Shown here in pieces: positions 29,503-39,224 of a stretch of DNA of 64,000 nt (position 1 is the first letter of the stretch; every line of letters begins with the position of its first letter). Source of the DNA: Candidatus Xenobia bacterium (GTDB lineage Bacteria; Vulcanimicrobiota; Xenobia; Xenobiales; QWHO01). Under the pieces are notes generated by a model. That model had not been told where the DNA came from and ran no database searches. It saw nothing but the letters and a program-made list of their open reading frames with translations. The DNA lies in the NCBI GenBank assembly GCA_045863235.1, contig BTUM01000001.1:256001-320000 (forward strand), written 5' to 3'. Position numbers and translations under genes: made by a program.

Positions 29503-29582
29503 AAGGCCAGGATCCTCAACTTTTAACCCAAGATCTGAAGTTTCTCACCGCACGTTTCGTGGCACGGTCGATGCGACGAAGT

Positions 29583-29735
29583 TTAGTCGCCCCCTCCGCC
29601 GGAGTCGCCACCGTAGTCACCGCTATCAGGCTCGATGCCGTGGTCGCTCGCCCCTCCCCCGCCTCCGCCGGCCAGGCTGAAGAGGAAGAACAGGGCAACC
29701 GCGCCCAGAGCCGCCAGAACCAACATAGCCATCAT
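29583..29735 (-). CDS. Small single-TM protein with Gly/Asp-rich tail
   Basis: MMAMLVLAALGAVALFFLFSLAGGGG...GGDSGGGGD; TGcTACCCT -10 element 6 nt upstream. Confidence 0.5.
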   Translation of the reverse strand: MMAMLVLAALGAVALFFLFSLAGGGGGGASDHGIEPDSGDYGGDSGGGGD

Positions 29736-29792
29736 AGGATCAGGGTAGCACAAAAAGGAAGGCTTTGCGGGGGCGCGAACGCGGGGCCAACC

Positions 29793-31577
29793 ATGGACAT
29801 CCGAGGAACCACCGTACTCGTTCTGGGCGGAGGCGGAATGGTCGGGCGCGCCGTCTGCCGCGAGCTGCTCGACCAGGCCCCCCGCTGCATCGTGCTGGCC
29901 TCCTTCTCCGAGCACGAGACCCGAGCCGCGCTGACCACCCTGGAGGAGGAGTTCGCCCACCTGCGCCGCTTCAATCCCGGGCTACCGGAAGTCGAGCTGC
30001 GCGGTGAATGGGGCAACCTGTTCGTGCGCGACACTTACAGCCACTGCCACTTCAACGACATCCTGGCCCAGCCCGAAGGGCGCGCCGCCCTGATCGAGGA
30101 TACCTTCGTCCCCCTCCAGCAGAGCACGCTCGAGCGCATGACGCTTTATCAGATCATCACCCGCAACCGCCCCGACATCATCGTGGACGCGGTCAACACC
30201 GCCACCGGCATCGCCTACAGCGATGTCTTCGCGCAGGCGCGCAAGGTTTGGGGCCAGCTCAAGGCCTCCGATGGCCCTCCCAGCCGCGAGTCGGTCGAGC
30301 AATTGATGTGCGCCTCCTACATCCCCCAGCTGATCCGCCACGTGGAGATCCTGTATCGCTCCATGGTCAAGGTGGACACCAAGGCCTACATCAAGGTGGG
30401 CACCTCGGGCACGGGGGGCATGGGTTGGAACATTCCGTACACCCACGGGGAGGAGCGCCCCTCGCTGCTGCTCCTGTCCAAGAGCGCGGTGGCGGGGGCC
30501 CAGACCCTGCTCTTGTTCCTGCTCGCCCGCACTCCGGCCGTGCCCACCTTCGATCCCGAAGACGCCGAGCTGATCCACCTCAAACGCCCGCCAGCCACCA
30601 AGGAGATCAAGCCGGCAGCCATGATCGGCTGGCGCGAGATCGGTTATGGCGACATCCGCCGCAAGGGCAAGCCGGTGGCGCTGGAAGACGTGCGCCTGGA
30701 AGAGGCCAGCAGCCTGCGGCCGGGCGACCAGCTGCTGCTCGACGACCCGGCTCGCGAGGCCCGGCTGCTGGGCAAGAACCTGCGCACGGTCTACGTGGAC
30801 ACGGGCGAGAACGGCATGTTCAGCACCGAGGAGTTCGTGGCCATCACCTCCCCGGGGCAGATGGGTTTCGTGACCCCCGAGGAGATCGCGCGCAACATCG
30901 CTGACGAGATCCGGGGGGTCAACACCGGCAAGGACGTGATCAACGCCCTCAACGTGACCTGCATGGGACCCACCTACCGGGCCGGCTTCCAGCGCGAGCG
31001 GGCCATCGCCAAGCTGCGCGAGCTGGAGAAGACCCACCAGACCGACTCGGTGGCCTTCGAGATCCTGGGGCCGCCCCGACTGAGCAAGCTGCTCTTCGAA
31101 GCTCACCTGCTGCGACGCCACTGCGGCACGCTCGAGCGGGTGGCTACCTCCGACCCCGAGGAGCTGTCCTCGGCCTGCCTGGCCATCCTGCGGGCCGACC
31201 CCGAGCTGCTGGCTACGCCCGTTACCCTGGGCATTCCCATCTTGTTCGAGCAGGAGGGTGGACTGCGGCTGGTGCGCGGTCGGCTCATCAAGACCCCGCC
31301 CCAACACGGCAGCGCCCTGGTGAGCGCCGGCGAGCGGGAGATCGAAGAGTGGGCAGGCGCGGGCTGGATCGACCTGAGGGTGGCCAACATGGCCCACTGG
31401 AAGCGGCGCATCCAGAGCATCCTGACCGAGGTGGATTCGATCCCCTCCTCGGACAGCTCAAGTCGCTACGTGCGCGACCGCCACTTCTGGCAAGAGCGCG
31501 GGGGGGTCATCAACCCGGGCGAGCTGGTGGCCTGGATCTTCAACACGGAAGATCGCGGGGAGCGCGGCCGAGAGTAA
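29793..31577 (+). CDS. NAD(P)-binding Rossmann-fold protein (long SDR-like)
   Basis: VLVLGGGGMVG N-terminal motif; KVGTSGTGGMGWNIPYTH block; start inferred at MDIRG. Confidence 0.7.
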   Translation: MDIRGTTVLVLGGGGMVGRAVCRELLDQAPRCIVLASFSEHETRAALTTLEEEFAHLRRFNPGLPEVELRGEWGNLFVRDTYSHCHFNDILAQPEGRAALIEDTFVPLQQSTLERMTLYQIITRNRPDIIVDAVNTATGIAYSDVFAQARKVWGQLKASDGPPSRESVEQLMCASYIPQLIRHVEILYRSMVKVDTKAYIKVGTSGTGGMGWNIPYTHGEERPSLLLLSKSAVAGAQTLLLFLLARTPAVPTFDPEDAELIHLKRPPATKEIKPAAMIGWREIGYGDIRRKGKPVALEDVRLEEASSLRPGDQLLLDDPAREARLLGKNLRTVYVDTGENGMFSTEEFVAITSPGQMGFVTPEEIARNIADEIRGVNTGKDVINALNVTCMGPTYRAGFQRERAIAKLRELEKTHQTDSVAFEILGPPRLSKLLFEAHLLRRHCGTLERVATSDPEELSSACLAILRADPELLATPVTLGIPILFEQEGGLRLVRGRLIKTPPQHGSALVSAGEREIEEWAGAGWIDLRVANMAHWKRRIQSILTEVDSIPSSDSSSRYVRDRHFWQERGGVINPGELVAWIFNTEDRGERGRE

Positions 31578-32238
31578 GCTCCTCCAGGGCGCCGCGATCG
31601 ATGATGCGGATGCGTCGGCCCTTCAGCCCCAACACTCCCTTGCGACCCAGACTGCGCAGGGTGCGCGAGACCGACTCGATGGTCGTGCCGGCGATCTGAG
31701 CCAGCTCTTCCCGGGTCAGGGGAGCCACCTGGCCCTGGTCTTCGCACTCGAGCAGCAGGCTTGCGATGCGTCCCGAGGCGCTCAGGCGGGCCAGCTCCAG
31801 CATCCGAGCCTCGGCCCGCTCCAACGCGTGAGCCATGGACGTCATCACGTTCTGGGCCACCTGACGGTCCTCTTGCAGGGAAGCCAGCAACACGTCGCGC
31901 TCCACCAGGCAAATCAGGGCCTCTTGCACCACTTCGGCCGTGTTGGCCTGGGGCTGGCCGGTCAACAGCTCGCGGTGCCCCAGAAAGTCCCCTGGCCCGG
32001 CCAGGCTGACCACCTGCACCTGTCCGGCCGGATTGGCGCGGTAAAGCTTGACCCGACCCGAGCTGATGCAGTAGAGACCGCGCCCCAACTCGCCCTGTCG
32101 GAACACCAACGTCCCCCGCTTGTAGCGAGTCGAGCTCTTGCCCGAGTCGAACGCATCCACCACGGCGCTGGTCGCGCCGCAGAGAATGCCCTTGCCCTCA
32201 CGATGGCAAAGATGACAGCTGGGGGCGCACGGATCCAG
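31540..32238 (-). CDS. Crp/Fnr-family regulator, probably FNR-like with N-terminal Cys cluster (CTG start)
   Basis: cNMP-binding domain and HTH (TREELAQIAGTTIESVSR). In-frame upstream extension from CTG 32238, behind a GGAAAGGAG RBS, adds CAPSCHLCHREGKGILC. Confidence 0.85.
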   Translation of the reverse strand: MDPCAPSCHLCHREGKGILCGATSAVVDAFDSGKSSTRYKRGTLVFRQGELGRGLYCISSGRVKLYRANPAGQVQVVSLAGPGDFLGHRELLTGQPQANTAEVVQEALICLVERDVLLASLQEDRQVAQNVMTSMAHALERAEARMLELARLSASGRIASLLLECEDQGQVAPLTREELAQIAGTTIESVSRTLRSLGRKGVLGLKGRRIRIIDRGALEELTLGRAPRDLPC

Positions 32239-32294
32239 CGGAACAGTCTCCTTTCCTTGACTCTCCCAGTGTAGCAGAGTCGAGCAAGAACGAA

Positions 32295-32308
32295 ATGACC
32301 TGGATCAT
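32295..32308. promoter_or_regulatory. Putative FNR/Crp-type box
   Basis: ATGAC-CTGG-ATCAT resembles TTGAT-N4-ATCAA; lies in the divergent promoter region of the Crp/Fnr gene. Confidence 0.45.
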
Positions 32309-32358
32309 GTCGGCCCTTTCAGGCCGATTTGAGCCGGCCGGGATACCCTCAGCATACC

Positions 32359-33678
32359 ATGCAAGTCGCCACGGCCAATCCCAACCTGAGCGGCAAGAAC
32401 CTTCTCGGTCGCGCCACCCATGGCGGTCTGCCGCCGAAGCTCTGGGAGAAGGCCCAGCACACCCGCGAGCACCTGGTCAGCCTCGAGTCCGAGCAAGAGC
32501 TGCAGCGCTTCGACGCGCTCTACACCAGAGCCGCCGAAAAGAGCATGAACGAGACGGGCGATTCTCTCATTCACGACGCCGCCCTGGGAGCGGCTGGATT
32601 GACCCTGTTGGCGGCCGGCGCCATGGCGGGTGCATCCGGGCTGGGAGGAGGGGTCTCGCTGCTGGCCCAGGCTCTCGGGGCCGGAGCCGAGACAGTCGAG
32701 GGACTGGCCATGCTCAGCGGCATGTTTGGCCTGTTTGCGGGCGCGCTCGCCTTGCCGATCGGAGCCGTCTCGCTGGCGTGCCTGCCGATCAAGTCGCGCG
32801 ACGAGAAGGCGCTCGACCAGTACTGCGATCAGGTCTTCACCCCGGGATGGAGACCCTCCCAGAGCGGCCCTCTGGACCGTGGCGAGGTGGTGGACCGGTG
32901 GCTCAACGACCGGCCCTCGCAGGCCTCGCGCCAGGCTGGCAGGATCCTGGGTGGGTTGCTCGGCGGAGCTCTACTGGCTCCCTGCGGAGCGATTGGCGGA
33001 CCCTTCGCCTGCCTGACCGTTCCAGCCGCCGGAGTGTTGGGTCTCACCAAAGGTGGCGAGGAGGGGTACCAGCGAGGAATCGGCGCTCTGGTCCCGCTGG
33101 CCACCGGGACCCTGATGGGGGTGGGCACCGGGGCCTTGCTGGCTTTCACCACGGTGGGCCCCGGCTGGCCCGTGGCTCTGGGGGCGGCGACCGCCGGCAT
33201 CCTGGGAGCCGCCCTGGGCGGCTTTCTGGGCGAGGCCGGCCGGACTCCACTGGAGCGTGACCTCGACAGCCTGGCCCTCTGGCTGGGCAAGGAATCACGC
33301 TATGAGGCGGTGGATGACCCCGCTCTGCACAAGTTGATCCGCTGGCTGGTGGCCCACCCTCAGCTCACTCCCGATCAGCAGAAATTCCTGGTCCAGATGA
33401 TGCGTCACGCTCAGCCGGACGATCGCAAGGGCTTCTTCGAATCGCTGCGCGGACAGATCGCCAGCCAGAAGCTCGACCAGGATGGCTGTGGGCAGCTCCT
33501 CCAGCGCCTGACCCGCCACGGCCTGACCAGCCAGAAGCTCTGCGACGCGCTTGAACGCGCCCTGCAAGGGGACGTGCCGGGGGCTCAGGGGGTCGAGGAG
33601 ACGTCTGGCCGGGTCGTGCTGGGCGGTATCTCCGTGCGGCGCAAGAGCTTGGCCAGCCAGGAGGGCCGCCCACAGTAG
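32359..33678 (+). CDS. Hypothetical membrane protein (Gly-rich hydrophobic segments)
   Basis: Several Gly/Ala-rich helices; C-terminal VEETSGRVVLGGISVRRK tail. Confidence 0.7.
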   Translation: MQVATANPNLSGKNLLGRATHGGLPPKLWEKAQHTREHLVSLESEQELQRFDALYTRAAEKSMNETGDSLIHDAALGAAGLTLLAAGAMAGASGLGGGVSLLAQALGAGAETVEGLAMLSGMFGLFAGALALPIGAVSLACLPIKSRDEKALDQYCDQVFTPGWRPSQSGPLDRGEVVDRWLNDRPSQASRQAGRILGGLLGGALLAPCGAIGGPFACLTVPAAGVLGLTKGGEEGYQRGIGALVPLATGTLMGVGTGALLAFTTVGPGWPVALGAATAGILGAALGGFLGEAGRTPLERDLDSLALWLGKESRYEAVDDPALHKLIRWLVAHPQLTPDQQKFLVQMMRHAQPDDRKGFFESLRGQIASQKLDQDGCGQLLQRLTRHGLTSQKLCDALERALQGDVPGAQGVEETSGRVVLGGISVRRKSLASQEGRPQ

Positions 33679-33720
33679 ACCCGAGGGCTGTGCCGATCAA
33701 CCCATGGTTGGCGCAAACCC

Positions 33721-34683
33721 TCAGGTCCCCACGCTGGCGGGAGCGTGGCTGGCCAGGAACTCCTCGGCTTCCATGGCGGCCATGCAGCCCATCCCAGCGG
33801 CGGAGATGGCCTGGCGGAAGCGCCGGTCAACCACATCCCCGCAGGCAAACAGGCCCGGAGTGCGGGTCTTGACAATCTCGGTAGGAGTGTGGCCCGGGAC
33901 GGTGCGGATGTAGCCGTCCTCGTCTCGGTCCACCAGGTCCTTGACGAAATCGGAGTTGGGCACGTGGCCGATGCCCAGGAAGAGGCCATCGGTTTTGAAG
34001 AGCTCGGGGGGCTTGTCCTTGCTCGAGACCATGACGCCGGTCACGCCTTCCTCGGGGGTTCCCTTGACCTCGGACACCCAGCTGTTCCACAGGAAAGCGA
34101 TCTTGGGGTGCTTGAGGGCCCGGTCCTGCATGATCTTGCTGGCCCGGAGCGCGTCACGGCGGTGAATGACGGTCACCTTGTTGGCAAAGCGGGTCAGGAA
34201 GAGCGCCTCCTCCATGGCCGAATCGCCACCACCCACCACAACAACCTCGCGCTCGCGGTAGAAGGCACCGTCGCAGGTGGCGCAGCTCGACACACCCTGG
34301 CCGAACAGCTCAGCCTCGCCCGGCACCTCGAGCTTTCTGGCCCGGGCCCCGGTGGCCACGATCAGGGTGCGGGTCTTGAGCACCTGACCATCCTCCATGT
34401 GCACGACGAAGTGGGAGCCCTCCTTTTGGACCTCGCGAATGCGACCGTACTGGTAGGTCGCGCCAAACTTCTGGGCCTGCTTCTTCATGCGCTCGATGAG
34501 CTCGAAGCCGCCTACCCCGTCGGGAAATCCGGGGAAGTTCTCTACCTCGGATGTGAGCGAGAGCTGGCCGCCCGGCTCATCTCCCTCGAACACCAGCGGA
34601 GCGAGGTCGGCGCGAGCCGCGTAAATGGCTGCGGTGTGGCCGGCGCAGCCCGATCCGGCGATGATGACGTTCTGTTCGCTCAA
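33721..34683 (-). CDS. trxB: Thioredoxin-disulfide reductase
   Basis: GSGCAGHTAAIYAAR, VSSCATCDG and GGGDSAMEEA motifs; TTG start after GAGGAG. Confidence 0.95.
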   Translation of the reverse strand: MSEQNVIIAGSGCAGHTAAIYAARADLAPLVFEGDEPGGQLSLTSEVENFPGFPDGVGGFELIERMKKQAQKFGATYQYGRIREVQKEGSHFVVHMEDGQVLKTRTLIVATGARARKLEVPGEAELFGQGVSSCATCDGAFYREREVVVVGGGDSAMEEALFLTRFANKVTVIHRRDALRASKIMQDRALKHPKIAFLWNSWVSEVKGTPEEGVTGVMVSSKDKPPELFKTDGLFLGIGHVPNSDFVKDLVDRDEDGYIRTVPGHTPTEIVKTRTPGLFACGDVVDRRFRQAISAAGMGCMAAMEAEEFLASHAPASVGT

Positions 34684-34774
34684 GACAAGAGACTCCTCGG
34701 AAAAGTTTGGGGGGCGGTAAGCGAGCTTGCATTCCCCGCCAGGGCTGGATGTCCTCCGGCGAGAAGGGCCTGTG

Positions 34775-35671
34775 ATGCGCATCTTTCTCGCTCTCTGCCT
34801 GGCCCTGACCCTGGCCCTGCCCGCCTGGTCTCAGCCCAAAGGGGTCATCCAGAAGAAGCTCAAGCCGATCGGGGGCATACCGGTCTACCAGTGGGTTTAC
34901 CCCAGCGGTGGCCTCAAGGTCCGCGGACTGCTATTCCTGCCCGCCTCCAAGACGCCGCTGCCGCTGGTCATCTTCAACCACGACGGCACTTCGGGCATCT
35001 CCCGCGAGCACAAGCTGGCCAGCGCCCGGCTGGCCAAAGCCGGTTATGCCGTCTTCTCGCCCTCTTATCGGGGAGAAGACGGCTCACAGGGCGAGATTGA
35101 GATCGCCGCCGGCGAGGTGCAGGATGTTCTCAACGTGGTGCCGCTGCTGGCCCAGGTGAAGGGGATCGATGCCGAGCGTCTGGCTTTCGTGGGCGCCTCC
35201 CACGGCGCCCTCATCAGCGTGCTGGCGGCGGCCGACCATCCCGGCGTGGACGCGGTCGTGGCTGCCTACGGGGTGATGGACATCTATAGCTGGTATGACT
35301 ACCTCAAGAAGGCCGGCAAGCTGGGCGGGGACGCGCTCACCCGCAAGACCTACGGCGACGGCCCTCAAGATAAGCCCCAGAACTTCGCCGCCCGCCAGGC
35401 CCTGACGCGGGTCCCGCGCCTGAAAGCGCCGATCTTGATCTTGCAGGGCGCCAAGGACGACATCGTGCCGCCCGACCAGGCCCGCAAGATGAAAGCCGAG
35501 ATGGAGAAGCACGGCAAGAAGGTGACCATGAAGATCTATCCCAACTGCCTGCACGGCTTTCTGGTTTACGTGCCTTTCCTCAAGAGCGGCGTCGAGCCCG
35601 AGGAGCGCACCGAGACCGAGCTCGCCTGGCGCGACATGCTGGAGTTCCTGAAGCTTCACCTCAAGAGCTGA
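34775..35671 (+). CDS. Secreted alpha/beta hydrolase (S9 peptidase-like)
   Basis: Signal peptide; GASHG nucleophile, QGAKDD and HGF triad motifs. Confidence 0.85.
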   Translation: MRIFLALCLALTLALPAWSQPKGVIQKKLKPIGGIPVYQWVYPSGGLKVRGLLFLPASKTPLPLVIFNHDGTSGISREHKLASARLAKAGYAVFSPSYRGEDGSQGEIEIAAGEVQDVLNVVPLLAQVKGIDAERLAFVGASHGALISVLAAADHPGVDAVVAAYGVMDIYSWYDYLKKAGKLGGDALTRKTYGDGPQDKPQNFAARQALTRVPRLKAPILILQGAKDDIVPPDQARKMKAEMEKHGKKVTMKIYPNCLHGFLVYVPFLKSGVEPEERTETELAWRDMLEFLKLHLKS

Positions 35672-35683
35672 GGAGCGCCTCGC

Positions 35684-36289
35684 TCACACGCCCAGGCCCA
35701 GCTCGGCCAGGCGAGCGCGGGTCGACTCGTAGCCCGTGTGATGCACGCCGCGAATCCCCAGCCCGCCGGCCACCTCGATGAAGAGCGACCGGTCGTCCAC
35801 GTAGATGACCTCCTCGGGGGCGACCTGAGAGATGTCCAGGGCCAGCTTCCAGATACCCGGGTCAGGCTTGCGCATGCCCACGAAACACGAGGAGACAAAA
35901 GTGTCCACCAGCTCGCCCAGCCGGAAGGTCTGCACTCGATGCAGGGTCAGCTCGCGACCTTCGTTGGAGACCACCGTGACCCGCAGCCCATAGGTCTGGC
36001 GCAGACGACGCAAGAGCTCGAGCATCTCGGGGAACGGTTTGGACTGCTCCAGCATGAACTGCTTGAAATCAGCCGGCGTGAAGTCTCGCGGCTTGTAGAA
36101 GACGGTGCGGGCGAGATACTCATCCAGGCTAAGCTTGCCCTCCTCGTAGGTGTCGAAGGTCATCCGATGGCGCTCGTCAACCTCCGCGCCATCGAGTTGA
36201 AACTGCTCGCAGGCCTTCATCCGCCCGGCCCGATCCCATCCGTTGGTCAACAGCACGTTGCCCACGTCGAAGAACAGCGCTTTGACCAT
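35684..36289 (-). CDS. HAD-superfamily phosphatase
   Basis: FFDVGNVL, SNEG, RKPD and YVDD motifs. Confidence 0.9.
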   Translation of the reverse strand: MVKALFFDVGNVLLTNGWDRAGRMKACEQFQLDGAEVDERHRMTFDTYEEGKLSLDEYLARTVFYKPRDFTPADFKQFMLEQSKPFPEMLELLRRLRQTYGLRVTVVSNEGRELTLHRVQTFRLGELVDTFVSSCFVGMRKPDPGIWKLALDISQVAPEEVIYVDDRSLFIEVAGGLGIRGVHHTGYESTRARLAELGLGV

Positions 36290-37437
36290 TACTGCTCACC
36301 GCCTCCAGTCCAATGATTGACGGCGTACTGCGTTCCCGAGCCGATCTGGTAAAGCAACGTTTGCTGCAACTCGCGACGCGTGCCCGGGGGAAGCAGGGTG
36401 CGACTCTGGCTGGTCTTCAGGCTGACGACGTAAATGTCGTCGTCCACTCCCTGCCGGGAATGATAAGCCGCCCAGTTGCCCCTGGAGGAAACCGCCAGAT
36501 CCTGCACCAGCCGCCCTGCCCGCACCCGGTCGAGAATCCGCTCGGCCACCAGGCTGAAGGGGTGAAACGCCAGCACGGTGTTGTTCTGAAGCAGCAACAG
36601 ACGGTCCGAGTCGCGCGGCCAGAAGGGCAGGCAGGCGCTGCTGGAAGGGGTGGACAGCCGGGTGAACTGGCCTTCCTCCACGTCGGTCAGCATGTAAAGC
36701 TCACAGCGCGTGCCCAACTCGGCCGCGGCCGCCAGGCCGCGCGAGTCGGACGACCAGGTGGTGCGCAGGGATCTGCCCTCGGTGGAGATGAAGCTGTAGC
36801 GAAGGGTCCGACTGGCCCGGTCGTAGATCCAGACGCCCCGGGTCGAGCCGCTGGCCACCACCACGGCCAGCTTGTTGCCATCGGGGGAGGGCGAGACCTC
36901 TTCCAGGTTGAGCTGCTCGGCGCTGGTCGAGGGGAAGCGGGCCACGGGGCGAAAGATCCTCTCCCCCGGAGACCATGAGAGCAGCGTCACCGCACCTTTC
37001 AGGCTGCGCTGAAAGAAGACCTCGCCGCCCCGCACGCCGATCAGCTGCAGATCGACCTGCTCGAAGCGTACCGTGCGGCGGAAGCTGCCGTCGGTGGCCA
37101 CCTGGATGAGGACGGGGGGCTGGCCCGGTTGCTGGGGAGGTTGCAGCAAGATGCTGCTGTCGTTCTCGATCCAGGCTGCGATGCGCAGCTCGCCGGGGGG
37201 AAATTCGGCTACCAGCCGGCGCTCGCTGCCGATCCGATCGGCCCACCAGAGCTGGCGACAGGTGTAGGCGCCCCCGCCGGGAGGCATCAGAAGCCGGAAG
37301 TAAGCCAGGCGCGACTCGTCCTCCGACCAGACGGGCTGCTCGTAGTGGAGAATAGGGAGTGAGTCGGTGCGTTCAGCCCGTCGCTCGAGATAGGCCAGGC
37401 TGCCCGTAAAGGCGCCCAGCATCAACAACACGAACAC
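36289..37437 (-). CDS. TolB-like beta-propeller protein, membrane-anchored
   Basis: PD40-like repeats (PVWSEDE, SPSPDGNKLA, WSSDSR); N-terminal TM; start uncertain. Confidence 0.7.
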   Translation of the reverse strand: MFVLLMLGAFTGSLAYLERRAERTDSLPILHYEQPVWSEDESRLAYFRLLMPPGGGAYTCRQLWWADRIGSERRLVAEFPPGELRIAAWIENDSSILLQPPQQPGQPPVLIQVATDGSFRRTVRFEQVDLQLIGVRGGEVFFQRSLKGAVTLLSWSPGERIFRPVARFPSTSAEQLNLEEVSPSPDGNKLAVVVASGSTRGVWIYDRASRTLRYSFISTEGRSLRTTWSSDSRGLAAAAELGTRCELYMLTDVEEGQFTRLSTPSSSACLPFWPRDSDRLLLLQNNTVLAFHPFSLVAERILDRVRAGRLVQDLAVSSRGNWAAYHSRQGVDDDIYVVSLKTSQSRTLLPPGTRRELQQTLLYQIGSGTQYAVNHWTGGGEQ

Positions 37438-37739
37438 ACCACCGATCAGTAGATCGCGAACGGTCTTACTGAATGGACTCCCTCCTCTCCGACAAAGGGG
37501 CCCGGCCGAACAGGCCGAGCCTCAAGAATTGTAGTCCCCACAGCTGGCGAACCGCGCCACGGGCTTGCCCAAGCTTTCCCGGCAAACTGGCTGGCGGCCA
37601 ACCTGAACCTGGAAAGTAAAATTTCACAAGCCTCGGGGGTACTCCTTCGAACGAAAAGTTCATCCTGAGTTCACCCATCGGTAACACCGCTCGGATCATG
37701 ATGCTCCCTGGACACCCCAGCACTTCCGGGAGGTAGCCG

Positions 37740-39224
37740 ATGACCACCACCGCCTGCTCCACCAATCAGACCCTCTGCAAATTCTGGCCCTGGCCCAAGC
37801 CCGACCCGCCGGCTCCGCCGCCGCCCTCCGGTGACGTCGAGTTCAGCTACAACCCGCAGGATCGCAGCGTTCTGGACGCAGGCACCGTGGTCATCGGCGG
37901 GGTGGGAGCCGGGCCCACGGTGGAGAAGGCCAAGCTCAACGGCGCCAATCCAGCCAAGGACGGCAAGTATGTCTTCGCCCCCGGAGAGCAGGGCTTCGTG
38001 GGCGCCCTGGCATTCTCGAGCGTGGCCAGGACCATCAAGATCTTCGAAGAGGCTCTGGGTGAGCCCATCCGTTGGGCCTTCAACGGCACCCAGTTACGCA
38101 TCAACGCGGACGCGGGCCGCGACCTGAACGCCTTCTACAGCCGCCAGGGAAAGAGCCTGAACTTCTTCCATGAGACCGACCCGGTCACGCGCCAGGTGGT
38201 CTACTCGGGCGGATCGGGCGAAGTCGCCGCCCACGAAGCCGGACACGCCATCCTGGATGGCTTGCGTCCCGGCTACCTGGGAGCCTGGTCGCCCGACCCG
38301 GGCGGCTTCCACGAGTCGTTCGGCGACGTGCTGGCCATGCTGGTCTGCCTGCAAGACGACCGCTGCCTGCAACGGGTGGTGGAGCAGACGGGCGGTGACC
38401 TGTCCATCCCCAACATGGCCTCCCACCTGGGCGAAGAGCTGGGCACGGCCATCAACAACACCACTGGCAAGAACGTGACCGGGGGCAACTACACCCGCAC
38501 GGCCATCAACAGTTTCGTCTGGCAAGACCCCAGCACGCTACCCGAGAAGGGCGGCCCGGACCAGCTCGGAAGGGCGGTGCACAGCTACTCTCGCCTCTGG
38601 ACCGGGTCGTTCTACGATGTCCTCAAGGGCATGGTCAACTCCAACCGCGAGCAGGGGATGGAGCCGTTCCAGGCCATCCGGGCGGCCTCCACCGAGGCCC
38701 TCAAGCTCTACGGTGGCCTGATGAAGACCGCTCCTCGGGGCGACCACACCTATCGAGACATGGCCCGGGCCCTGGTGGCGGCCGACCGTCAGTACAACAA
38801 CGGCGCCCGCTCCGAGTTGATCACCCGGGTCTTCACCGACCGCCGGATCCTGAACGGACGAGAGGATGCCGAGACTCCCTCCTTTGCCCAGGCCGATGCC
38901 CGCGTCTACCAGAGCGAAGAAGAGAGCACCCGTCCCCAGCGCGTCCTGCTCCAGGGACCCGAGTTCCGGCAGTTCGATGGGGCCGTGGTGGACAACCTGG
39001 TGGACAAGAGCGCCTCCATGTTCCAGGAAGCCGAGAGCGCCGATCGGGTGAAAGACAGCCTCAAGCACCTGATCGCGGCCGGGCGCATCCTCTACACCGA
39101 CCCCGGCAAGCCGGTCAGCGAGAAAGATCTCTTCGACCCCCACGGCCAGCCTTACACCGGCGTGGTGCGCTGGGAGAACGGCCAGATGGTGATCGAGCGC
39201 GTCAAGATTCTGTCGACTCGGTAA
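37740..39224 (+). CDS. Zinc metallopeptidase (M4/M36-like)
   Basis: NAFY, HEAGH and GGFHESFGD motifs; GGAGGT RBS. Confidence 0.82.
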   Translation: MTTTACSTNQTLCKFWPWPKPDPPAPPPPSGDVEFSYNPQDRSVLDAGTVVIGGVGAGPTVEKAKLNGANPAKDGKYVFAPGEQGFVGALAFSSVARTIKIFEEALGEPIRWAFNGTQLRINADAGRDLNAFYSRQGKSLNFFHETDPVTRQVVYSGGSGEVAAHEAGHAILDGLRPGYLGAWSPDPGGFHESFGDVLAMLVCLQDDRCLQRVVEQTGGDLSIPNMASHLGEELGTAINNTTGKNVTGGNYTRTAINSFVWQDPSTLPEKGGPDQLGRAVHSYSRLWTGSFYDVLKGMVNSNREQGMEPFQAIRAASTEALKLYGGLMKTAPRGDHTYRDMARALVAADRQYNNGARSELITRVFTDRRILNGREDAETPSFAQADARVYQSEEESTRPQRVLLQGPEFRQFDGAVVDNLVDKSASMFQEAESADRVKDSLKHLIAAGRILYTDPGKPVSEKDLFDPHGQPYTGVVRWENGQMVIERVKILSTR

